From contig CM052817.1 in assembly GCA_028534125.1 (NCBI GenBank), positions 64,048,001-64,112,000 of the forward strand: DNA of 64,000 nucleotides, written 5' to 3'. The translations under genes were made by a program, and so were the position numbers. The notes below the pieces were generated by a model that was given only the letters and a program-made list of their open reading frames with translations, was not told the origin of the DNA and did not search any database. This document shows, one piece after another, positions 52,470 to 64,000 of this stretch. Source of the DNA: Lama glama (lineage: Eukaryota). The first letter of the stretch is position 1; the number at the start of each line of letters is the position of its first letter.

Positions 52470-52782
52470 GCTGTTGGAGCAGAGCTGTAGTGGAGAATAC
52501 TGTGTGAAATGTCATAAGTTATTCTGCTGACAGAATTCCCTCTTGCTCCAGGGCATGTGGGGGGAAAGAGATTAGATAGTAAATCTTTTGTTCTAGTCAG
52601 GCCTCCACTGATTGGGTTAGGTTCACCCACATTATGGAGGGCAATCTGCTTTGCTCAGAGTGTATGGATTTAAATGTTAATCTTATCCAAAAACTCCCTT
52701 ACAAAAACATCCAGAATAATGTTTGACCATATACCTGGGTACCATGGCACAGGTGAGTTGACTTATAAAAATAAACATCACA
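52470..52782 (-). mobile_element. MLT2-like ERVL LTR fragment
   Basis: cccacattatggagggcaatctgcttt...gatttaaatgttaatc...ataaacatcaca. Confidence 0.75.
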
Positions 52783-54607
52783 AGTGGACTATGTGTTTTA
52801 CTGTCATAACAAAATGGATTGTGTGGCTTAATAGTTATGTGTTATAACTGCTAGTGAGGAATGATGCCATTAATATTAGAGCTTTCCACATATGAATCTA
52901 TAATTGATTTTACCTAGGTTGATTTTGTGACATACTTTTTCCTATTCATTGTAATAAACCCCAAAATGAGACTCCAGAAAGCCGAGTAGTGGCTTTTTAA
53001 AAGAGACATCTGGATTTAAATTCTAGGTTTTAGCACACAATGTTCTCTGAGGTGAGTTCATTCAGATGCTGGTAATTTTCTCTTCCCATATTTAAGTATT
53101 ACACATCTTTTCTCTTCCTTGTACTAAAGGAGCAAACAGAATGTTTTCATTTGGCTCATAATAACATAGTTACGGATTGATCATCTCTTCTTTCTGATAT
53201 GTGCATGTGGGAGGGATAAGATAAAGGCAAGGTAATTTTCTAAAATGATTTCTGAAGGTTTTAAGAGCATTTTTGCATATGTTTGCTTTTGAAAAATGTA
53301 GTCTGAGACCTGATTAGCTTAATGCAAAGTGAAAAGTTTAGTCTCTGCATGAGCTAGTGATTGGTAGTTCTACCAAAAATTTTCCATTCTTGATGAGAGA
53401 ATTCTTAAAATATAAGAGTCTCCTTATAAGCTCAGTCCTCTTTTTCTGTTAAAAGTAATTATAACTTCTATAACATCAATAAATGTAGCTCAGCTGTTTC
53501 ATCTTTAGTGTTCTATAACAGTTTATACGTCCCTCTGGTTGAACTTTTTTAGTGTGTATTACTTATTTGTGTATGCCTTTTTTATTCAGTTATAAACTCC
53601 TTAAGGACAGGGCAGTTCTATTAAATGAGCATTAATTGGGTACCACTGTGCATTAGTTGGTACTTTGCCTTGGAGGGATCGGATAGACAAGTAACAGATA
53701 AGTTTTAATACAGTATAATACATTATATAATAGAGCTGATTACAAAGTGTTCAGAGAACTGGATTCAGTTTGTAGTTGTAAAAATCTTTCAAAGTGTCAC
53801 AGAAGGACTGACATTTCTCCTGGGTTCTGATGGATAAATACGTGTTTCATAGTATATTCTCTTATTATTATTCTTTTACCTGCCTTTTCTTCAAACCTTA
53901 GATAATATCAGCCTTTTCCAGTTCTCAATTCTGGTACCCTTCAGCTGCTGGCCAAAAAAAAAATTTTTTTTTCTCCTTTTCTACTTAGAACATGCTTTAC
54001 TGGCCTTCAGAAATCAGCTAAATAATTACCTTGTTTATGGAAATTTCCGTAGTCTTCATGGAGCTGTGTGTGTGCTTCCCATTAGACATGGTACGTAACC
54101 TCCATGGTGGTATCATCACACTGAATTGTGGTAATTTATTTACTGCTCTCTTTCTTACTAGACAGCTCTCTGAGGATATGATTTGTATCCTCTTTAGGCT
54201 TATATTCCCAATATATAGAGACTCAGTAAAAATACATTTTCCATGGATAATATCATCTACTCCTAAGTGTTCAACTACCAAATAGGTTCTAACAACTTGG
54301 AAAAAACTACAGCATTGTGTGTGAAGAGTGGGGAAGAGGGGTGAATTTGATAAGCAGGATCAGGGAGTGCTGGATCTTGAAAATATGGTGTCATTTACCC
54401 AGGTAATGTGAGGGCACAAGGATTATGGGAAGAACATCCCAAGCAGAGGAAGCAACATATACAATGTCACAGTGATGGGGAAAATCCTAGTTCAATCAGA
54501 AACTGAAGTTTGGTATAGCTGGCAAAAAGGGTACATGCAGGGAAGGGACAAGAGATGATAAAAGGAAAGGGAGTAAATTGTCAGACTATGAAATGAGTTT
54601 TACGCCA

Positions 54608-54812
54608 TGTGTCTTAGTCCATGTGAGCTGCTATAACAAAATATCCTAGACTGGATAGAATTTCTCACAGTTCTGGTAGCTGGGAAGTCCAAGACCAAGG
54701 CACTAGCAGATTTGGTGTCTGGTGAGGGCCCACTTCCGGTTGTCTTTTCACTGGAACCTCACACTGTGAAAGAAGCAAGGCATCTCTCTGGGGTCTCTTT
54801 TTGTAAGGTCAC
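54608..54812 (-). mobile_element. MLT1A-like MaLR LTR fragment
   Basis: tgtcttagtcc...tttctcacagttctgg...gatttggtgtctggtgagggcc. Confidence 0.7.
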
Positions 54813-54965
54813 AGTGGGATGGAGGTGGATCTTTTATTGAAAATACTCCTTCACTGTGTTTTACTATATTCTCATTCTCTTAGTCTGAAGTGAGGAAATC
54901 CACATTTACTATAGGGACAATGTTATCAATAATTACTTTGAACTTATAGTTGAACAATTCTAGTT

Positions 54966-57530
54966 ATTTTTATAATTGAGGTATAGTTAATTTACAGTGT
55001 TGTGTTAGTTTCTGATATACAGCAAAGTGATTCAGTTTTTAATGATACATTTTTTTTACATTCTTTTCCATTACAGTTTATTACAAGGTATTAAATATAG
55101 TTTCCTGTGCTATCCATTAGGACCTTGTTGTTTATCTATTTTATATATAGTAGTTTTTAACTGTTAATCCCAGATTCCTAATTTATCTCCCCCCTCCCCT
55201 TTGGTAACCATAAGTTTATTTTCTATGTCTTGAGTCTGTTTCCGTTTTGTAAATAAGTTCATTTATATCACTTTTTTAGATTCCACATATAAGTGATATA
55301 TTTGTCTTTGTCTGCCTTACTTCACTTAGTATGATAGTCTCTAGGTTCATCCGTGTTGCTGCAAATGGCATTATTCCATTCTTTTTTATGGCTGACTAGT
55401 ATTTCATTGTGTGTATCTATGCCACAACTTCTTTATTGAATCATTTACCAGTGGGCATCTAGGTTGCTTCTGTGTCTTAGCTATTGTAAATATTGCTGCT
55501 GTGTACATTGGGATGCATGTGTCTTTTTGAATTAGAGTTTCTTCCAGATAAATGCCCAGGAAGGGGACTGCTGGATCATATGGTAGCTCTACTTTTAGTT
55601 TTTTAAGGAATCCCCATGCTGTTTTCCATAGTGGCTGCACCAATTTACATTTCCACCAACAGTGTAGGAGGGTTCCCTTTTCTCCACACCCTCTCCAGCA
55701 TTTATTATTTGTGGACTTTTTAATGATGGTCGTTATGATCGGTTTAACATGATATTCCTCATTGCAGTTTTGATTTGCATTTCTTTGATGATTAGTGATG
55801 TTGAGCATCTTTTCACATGCCTGTTGGCCATCTCTGTGTCTTCTTTGGAAGAATGTCTATTTAGGTCTTCTGCCCATTTTTGGATTGGGTTGTTTGTTTT
55901 TTTGTTATTGAGTTCTGTGAGCTGTTTGTATATTTTGGAAATTAAGCCCTTGTTCATCACATTGTTTCCAAATATTTTCCCCCATTCTGTAGGTTGTCTT
56001 TTCATTTTGTTTATGCAAAACCTTTTAAGTTTGATTAGGTTCCTTTTTGTTTTTTTTAATTTTGCTTTTATGTCTATTGCCTTGGGAGACAGACCTAAGA
56101 AAACATTGCTATGTTTATGTCACAGAATGTTTTGCCTATGTTCTCTTCTAGGAATTTTATGGTGTCCTGTTTTATGTTTAAGTCTTTAATCCACTTTGAG
56201 CTTATTTTTGTGTATGGTGTGAGGGAGTGTTCTAACTGCATTGATTTACATGTGGCTGTCCAGCTTTCCTGCCTCTACTTGTCTTTTCTCCATTACATGT
56301 TCTGGCCTCCTTTGTCAAAGATTAATTGACCAAGGATCTGTGGGTATATTTCTAGGCTCTCTATTCTCTTCCATTTATCCATATATCTGTTTTGGTGCCA
56401 AAACCACACTGGTTTGATTACTGTAGTTCTGTAGTATTGTCTGAAGTCTGAGAGGGTTATGCCTCCAGCTTTGTTCTTTTTCCTCAGTATTGCTGTGGCA
56501 ATTCTGGGTCTTTTGTGACTCCATATAAATTTTAGGATTCTTTGTTCTAGTTCTGTGAAAAATATCCTGGGTAATTTGATAGGTATCACATTAAATCTGT
56601 AGATTGCTTTGGGTAGCATGGCTCTTTTAATAATACTAATTTTTCCAATCCAAGAGCATGGGATGTCTTTCCTTTTTTTTAAATCATCTTCAGTTTCCTT
56701 TATCAATATTTTGTAGTTCTCAGCATGTAAGTCTTTCACCTCCATGGTTAAAAATATTTTACTTTGTTTTTTGATGTGATTTTAAAAGGGGTTGTTTTTT
56801 AACTTTCCCTTTGTGATATTTCATTGTCAATGTAAAGAAATGTGACAGATATCTGTATGTGAATCTTTTTTCTGCTACCTTGCTGAATTTATCAATTCTA
56901 GTAGTTTTTGTGTGAAGTCTTTAGGGTTTTCTATATATAGTATCATTTCATCTGTGTATGATGACAATTTTACCTCTACCCTTCTAATTTGGATACCTTT
57001 TATTTCTTTTCCTTGTTTGATTGCTGTGGCTAGGACTTTAAGTACTGTGTTGAATAACAGTGGTGAGAATGGGCATCCTTGTCTTGTTCGAGATTTTAGT
57101 GGGAAGGCTTTCAACTTTACACCGTTGAGTATTATGTTGGCTCTGGGTTTCTCATAGTTTTTACTATGTTGAGATATGTTTCCTGTATACCCACTTTGGT
57201 AAGAGTTTTTATCATGAATGGATGTTGAATTTTACCACATGCTTTTTTGCAGCTGTTGAGATGAGCGTGGGTTTCTGTCCTTTCTCTTGTTGATGTGATG
57301 TATTACCTTGATTTGCATATGTTGAACCATCCTTGTGGCCCTGGAATCACTCCAATTTGATTATGGTGTATGATCTTTTTAATGCGTTGTTGGATTCGGT
57401 TTGTTGATATTTTATTGAGAACTTTTGCATCTATATTCATCAGAGATATTGGCCTATAATTTTCTTTTTTTGGTAGTGTCTTTGGTTTTCGTATCAGGAT
57501 GATGGTGGCTTCATAGAATGACTTTGGGAT
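54966..57530 (-). mobile_element. 5'-truncated L1 (RT region to 3' UTR), antisense to RAP1GDS1
   Basis: ORF2 remnants [27 protein letters not shown] and [19 protein letters not shown] ttgaacaatt(c/t)tagtt at 54950 and 57531. Confidence 0.94.
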
Positions 57531-60500
57531 TTGAACAATTTTAGTTGTATATGTTTTTACCACAGTGATTAACACAATCCATCCTGGTATTTATTTTCTC
57601 AGTCAATATCTTTTATTTTTTAACCACACAACTCTTAATTTTTAGCAACTACTTTATGTGACCTAGTTAGTCATAATTTTAAAGAAAATAGTCAAACTAG
57701 CAGATCTCCCTGCTTATTCAAGTGATGATTTCCAAACAGAAGACTTCTCTGACTCCCACAGCTTACATTATCCCTGGAATTGAAATGACTGCAAAACTGT
57801 CAAAATCATTTATTGTAATTTTATAGAATGACTCTCACAACTTAATCCTTTAGTAAGACCTGTTTCTGACGGTGAGTCATTTTGTAAATGGGTCTTTGTT
57901 CTTCCCTCTTTCTTTTCATGACTGTATATATCCTTTTCTTCTGTGCATCTTTTCCTTGTATTTGCTTAAAATCCTTATTGGGGAAAAAGTGAAAGAAAAA
58001 GTATTTTATAACTCCCCTTCATGTACTTCCATTTTCTTTTAGAAACAATAATTTCTTATTATTAGGCCCTTTAATATACTTATATGCAGCATATTCCTCT
58101 TATGTGTTTTAAATCTATTTTAAACCTGTTTCACTTTCTCTATACTCAGTTCCCTTTCTCTCCTTCAATAACTGAGTCATTTTATCTCTCTCAAAATACT
58201 ATACATTCCTTTCTCACTCACTTGTCTTATTTTAGTTCTTACTTCTGCAAAATATGTTAAGTATACTTATAATAACCTGGCAAACCTGATCGAGGTATTG
58301 TTATCACAATATATTTCATAAATAACAATTGTGGTAGGAAGAGCACTGGACTGGGAATCAGAAGAACAAGGTTCCTGTTGCTTTTCCAATATAATCTTAT
58401 ATGGCCTTATTTGTAGTATGAGGAAAACATAACCAATCATGCCCACATCACATGGCTGCTCTAAAAATAAGTTTTTATGGTAGTCAGGTATCTTTAAAAG
58501 ACTGAGTGGCTTTCAGTCAGGTACCTTTAGATGATGACACTATGCGTGGGAATTAGCTAAAGTGGTAGAGTGGGTGTGGCATTTCAGAGCAGGAACAAGT
58601 GCAGTAAGAAGGTATGAAATAAAATAATTAATTTGGATTACTACAAGTAATTTAGTGTGGCTAGAGAGGAGGCTGTCAGTGGAAGAGTATCAGGGGATAT
58701 GGTTGGGATATATCATCGATGTTGCTTGACCGTTTAATTAAAAGTTATGGAGGATCATGTAAAGGTTTAAAGTAGGGGACTGACATAAAATTTGTATTTC
58801 CAGAAGTTTATTTTGCCATCCAATGTGGTTGGCAGATGAGGGGTGGAAGCTGGAGTTAGACTCTTGAGAAGGCTGTTTTATCTAATAAAGGTCAGAACCG
58901 AGAACTGGAAGTAACATGAATGTAGCAAGGAAAAGATAGATGTAAAAGATGCTAATTAGGTAGAGTCTGTGGAACCTACATCCTGATTAATGTGAGTGGT
59001 AGAAAAGCATTTACTGACAAGAGAAAAATTTATAATCCTTCTAGGGCTTCTGGCTTAGATGGGTTCCCTGCCATTCACTGCAATATAGACTAGAATGAAA
59101 GGAAAGGAAAGAGGCTGTGTTTGATTTGGGGAATGTTAAATTTGAGGCATTTATGGTATATCCAACTGCACATACTTTGTTTTCAGTAGGGTAAAAGGAG
59201 GATTAGGGACGTGTCTCTGTGGTAGTAAATGAAGCCTTAGATTTGGATCAGATCTCCCAGGCACAGGACCAGGACTCTTATTATACTATTCTAAAAATCT
59301 ACCCCTTGAGAAATAAATGGTTCCCCAGAGACAAGGATATACATAGCCCTCGAGTCATGTTCTTGGTCCTTAGAGTCAATCCCAAATCTGAGTCTTACCT
59401 TCACAATCTGTTGTAAATATCCTTGGACATATAATATAAAAATAGCAGTTCTTTATTGTTTTCATAACTCTGAATAAACAATACTATCAATCTTATCCAA
59501 ATACATTTTTAATTGAATAGAGTCACAGTAATAGCAATTATTGTTTTTGTTTTTCTAACTTGGAGTTTACTGTAAATTGGTAATCAAATGCTTTTCATTA
59601 ATTTATCCTCATGAAGCCTATATGCTTGCATAAGTTGTAAATTCATCTTATTATAGTAGCATACCTGAAAAACCCCTCTTGTTGTTTTACAGTGAAGCCT
59701 ATTATTTTAATGTATTTACCTGGCAGCATTTTTGGGAACTTGAGTCTTTCTCAAGCTGTATCTTAAATTATATGAGTTCCTTCCCATTCTACCTACTTCC
59801 TCCCTTGTACTGAGTTATTGGCCTTGAGAAATTCTTTGAGTTGTGCATTGTAGCCCAGCTCTTTGATTTACTCTTCTTTCAAGTTTCTCTGACTGGATTG
59901 CCCAGTTCTTTCTTCTTTCTGTCACTGGCAGTTTTATAACTAAGCTGCCTCCTTGCCATCCGGAGGTCAGGTGGAGTGTGGGCCAAGGACTGCTGAAACA
60001 GAATGAGTGCCTGCAGAACTGCAAGGGCTACTATCCTGGGTGGTGCCCACAGTTATTATTTTAGAGTAGCAGTTGCCCTTTATATGGGTCCTTCCGAATT
60101 CAAAGACTGCTAGCTGCCTGTAATTTTGTAGGCATACCTGAACATTTTTATGCCTGCACCTAAGTGTGAAGGGGGAGAAAGAACTTGAATTGATTCCTGG
60201 GTGTAGTTAAACATTTAAAGGGCTGTAGTTGAAAGGTCAGTACTAGTCTGGCTAAAGATAATGAGAAGTCTGCCTTTTTTTTTTTTTTTTTTAGAGCTCC
60301 TGATCACAGTGCATGATTTTTTTTTTTAACAAGCAGTCATTCATTTAGACCTGCAAACACCAACCATTGACTACTACTAAATCTTAAAATCATTTCAAGA
60401 TATCTGAGAACATATTTAGTTCACAGATAAGCATTTTGAGATGCAGTAGAATGTCAGTGTAGAAGGTATATATGAAATGAGGCTGAAATTTTGTAATTAT

Positions 60501-61150
60501 TTATTGGATGGTGGTGTTTTAACGATATGCAGTGTTTGGTTCTTTATGTTTTTATGCTAAATGAAAGAAAGTAATTCCCAGCTATTTAATTTAAATTCTA
60601 AACCTATATAGAAATCCGCATGCTAGCAAGTACATAGAATTCCTTTTAGATTTTTCTAAATTGTAAACCAGATTTATGTGAAGAAGTAGATTATATTTTT
60701 TCCTTTTATTTTCTGACAATAGCATTAAAAGAAAAACTATTCCCAAATCTTGAGTCATTTATTACAACTATTCTCCTGATTACTTGGATTATAATTCGTG
60801 GAAACTCATCAGAGAGCAAGAGTTTTATATTGTTTTCTTTGCCCCTGACATTCAGCTCTGATGTTAAGCCATTCTCTTAGTTATAGTTAAAATGAGACAT
60901 GCATGGGTGATTTGCAGTTAACTGCTCGCCTCCACATACACAAATGCCTCAGCTTCACATCTAATCATGATTCATGCCTTATGCCAGATTCTTGCTGTCA
61001 TACCAGCACCAACAGATGGTGGGGCAAGACCCCTGGGGTAGTCTGCCCCAGTGCTCTAAGGTTGTACATCTTTTGGCAGCAGTGGTCAGAAAAGAAAAGA
61101 TTTTAACATGGCAAATTGGTTCAGTTCTTTTTGGCTTCTTGCTAAAAATA

Positions 61151-61189
61151 AATGAATGAATGAATGAATGAATGAATGAAAGAAAGAAA
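61151..61189. repeat. (AATG)n microsatellite
   Basis: About 7 aatg units followed by aaag units; may derive from an L2 3' end. Confidence 0.85.
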
Positions 61190-61873
61190 TTTGGTGTCAG
61201 ATTCTCAGGTGATACCTTAAAAATGTATTTTTTTTTTGACCTGAGAAGCAAAATAAAAACAAAAAGACACATTACATTTTATAAATGGGCTTACTGAAAG
61301 AAAGGACAGCTGCTGTGTTTATATACCACTAGGTATACTTTACGTTTATAATAATCTGAATTGCGAGAAACTGGTGAGTAACAGCATACAAAAAGACAGG
61401 TTTTGTTTATGCTTAAGTAAGTTTTCTGTTCTAAAAATTAACACCAGTGTTACCAGCCAGGTGACACACATTGATTTGTTAGTGTAGTAGAATCTGAATT
61501 TGCTGTTTATGCTCTCGTGATTAGTATGATCGGTGACCTTTAGACAAGTTTGCTTCATCTTTCTGGACTTCTGTTTCTTCACCTAATAAATAAGGTTGTT
61601 TTGAAGTATCTCCAAAACAGCCATTTTATTATAGTACATAAAATGTAAGAAACTGAAATATTATTAGCTGTAGTAAAGTGTACTAGGCTTGTGGTAGGAA
61701 AAGGAAATGCATGGATGTTGTTTTAACACTGGATAATCTTGATACTTGATCTTTTGTACTAATGTCATAGGTAAACACGCAGACACACACATAACTACAG
61801 TAATTGCGAATGAATGTTTTTAAGATAGTAAATCCCTGACATTTTTACAACTTTCAGTTTTTACAGATTTATA

Positions 61874-61945
61874 GTTTTAGACATAATTTTCTATTGCTTC
61901 AGCCATTCGGTTTTCCACATAATTTTCTATTGCTTCAGACATTCA
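61874..61945. repeat. 36 bp tandem duplication
   Basis: acataattttctattgcttcag(c/a)cattc at 61881 and 61917. Confidence 0.85.
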
Positions 61946-63376
61946 ACAATTCTCTCTGATGATGATGTTAAGAGTGTTATGGTTCTTTAACCCAAAATCC
62001 TGGGTAGTCAAGGGTTGCACAGAACATTGTGTTTTAACTTTTTTTTTTTTTTTTACCAGAACCTATGATTAGTAATACATTTTACATTCAGTAAGCATAC
62101 ATGTAATTTGAACTGAAGTTTCACTCAGTGTTTTACCTTACTATGCGTGAAATTCTTTTCTATTTTTTTTGTTGTTACAAATATTGTTAATTCTATTTCT
62201 CTTTTTAAGAAATTGCTGGTCCTTGTTCCCCCGATTGACTTCAGAATTCTTAATGGATTGGAACCTGTAGTTTGAAAAACACTGAACTAAACAGTCAGCA
62301 CTTACTATAAAGAAATAGATTTTTTTTTAGACTTTCTCAAATTATTCTATTAAAAATTTTTTTCCTACTCTCTATTGATCACAGCAGGTGCCAGTTACTT
62401 AACAAGAAATCATTAGAGTTCTCTTACTGGTATGTCTGCCAAAGGATGTAGAGGATAGAGAGGAACAACACATAGAAACAAATTTAAGTGGAATGTTTTA
62501 ATGAGCCTTATAACTCTCTATTTTTAAACACATGTCATTCCCCTTTATTGTTCAGAGTCAAATAGTAATTTTAAGTTTTATATCCTTGAGCTTTTCTTTA
62601 TTTCCATCATCTTTCCAGGTGTTCCTGTTCTCTTTTATTTTAATAGGTCATACTTTTTATGTAAAGTGGCTTGGTTTCATGCCCAGGCTCTTTTGTTGTA
62701 TTTTAACAAAGATAGTGAGGAAAGGGAAGAAGCAGGGGCCTCTTGAATTTCTTTATCACCATATAGATCTCTGAATACCATGGTCTTATTGCTGATTACT
62801 GTATCCCATTTTCATTAGTGGTGGTTTTGAGTAGGTTGTGTGAGAAACATAGTAGTCCTATGTAGTTGCATATTCTCCTGTATCACTCCATATAAAATGA
62901 TATAAGGTGAATTTTTTGTTCATTTAATTGTTGTTATTTTTAATTGCTATAGCATTATAGGAAATCATAGAATTTGTGTGTGTATATATATATATAAATA
63001 TATATAAATAAAATAATGTGCTGTTAGAGAATTCGGAAGTGAAGTAGAAAAAAGAGCATTCTTTTGATTTGAATAGATGGGGTTGGAAATAACATTGAAA
63101 AGTAAGTTTGTTATGCAAATGGTATATTCAGAAAGGATTCCTTTATAATCTGTTCTAGATAGACAAATGATTGTATTAAAAGTGTTTTGTGTAAATGAAA
63201 ACTGGATAAAAGCAGGTTATGGAACTGAAGTAATTTTATATAAATATATACATTTTTATATGTAATGAACTAACTTTCACTATGGATGGTGAAAATTCTT
63301 TAAAAATTTATTTTAGATGAAGTTAGTATTAGTGTTGAAGATTTTCACTGAAGATCTTTGTGTGTATCTCTTTCAG

Positions 63377-63499
63377 ATATGGAAACAAGTGAAAAAATCC
63401 AAGGAAGTGGAATACTTCAACTGTTCGCCAGTCTGTTGATTCCACAGTCTTCCTGCACAGCCAAAGTAGCTAACATCATAGCAGAAATAGCCAAAAATG
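63377..63499 (+). CDS. RAP1GDS1: RAP1GDS1 coding exon 3 (123 nt)
   Basis: tctctttcag acceptor; gtgagg donor at 63500. Translates (N)METSEKIQGSGILQLFASLLIPQSSCTAKVANIIAEIAKN, continuing the frame from exon 2. Lies inside ORF 63358..63600. Confidence 0.96.
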
Positions 63500-64000
63500 G
63501 TGAGGTTCTCCTCAAGAACTTTTCTGCTGGGAACATCTTCAGTTTTACACCCTACTTGTCAGTATGTTTTATTAATTTATGTTTTAATTTTATAGATTAG
63601 AAATTTTTTATTTCTATTTCTCTTTTCTTTGACTTTTTTCATGTAATTGTTTAAAATGACTATAGTTACAGTCATACATTTCGCATTTGCTATTCCATTC
63701 CTTCCGAGTAGAGTTGAAGAACAGCACTGCTAGTCCCTGCTGTACCTCTGTCATTAATTACTTTGATTATAGGATTCTTGAGCTGCCACTGAGTCATTCA
63801 TCTTCACTGTCACAGGAGAGCTTGTCTTTTTCAATGTATACGTTGGTTTGTGTTATACCCAGATAAACTCACTATTCTTTTTTTTTTTTTAGTTTGGCCT
63901 ATCCTTCTGATACTGGCACTTGACTGCAACAGTGCAGTTGGAATATACTGTTCTCTGAACTCACCTTCCTGGGGAATATTTATTTCTTAGGTTTCCATGT

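Noticed and set aside
55404..57575. Active reverse transcriptase gene
   Set aside because: These are fragments of a 5'-truncated, frameshifted L1 ORF2.
57873..58183. Two AP-1 motifs (tgagtcatttt) 300 bp apart as an enhancer
   Set aside because: Several chance occurrences of the 7-mer are expected in 64 kb, and there is no other support from sequence alone.

Overview
Mammalian genomic DNA, most likely camelid, judged from three Vic-1-type tRNA-Ala-derived SINEs. The window holds the promoter CpG island (~16.3-18.3 kb) and the first three coding exons of RAP1GDS1 (SmgGDS, an armadillo-repeat chaperone/GEF for small GTPases) on the + strand: exon 1 CDS 17730-17733, exon 2 43916-44023, exon 3 63377-63499. 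The gene continues past the window end. The rest is AT-rich intergenic and intronic DNA dense in transposon fossils: L1, L2, MaLR/ERV solo LTRs, hAT DNA transposons and SINEs, several nested with readable target-site duplications (TSDs). Almost all ORFs in the track are repeat-derived or GC-rich noise. I found no convincing new biological system. The best leads are tandem splice sites at both ends of exon 2, a ~490 bp insertion carrying an inverted copy of nearby DNA, a 43 bp L1 micro-insertion, paired same-family solo LTRs upstream of the promoter, and an unexplained dispersed motif. Repeat subfamily names and human comparisons are from memory and need Dfam/RepeatMasker or alignment confirmation.
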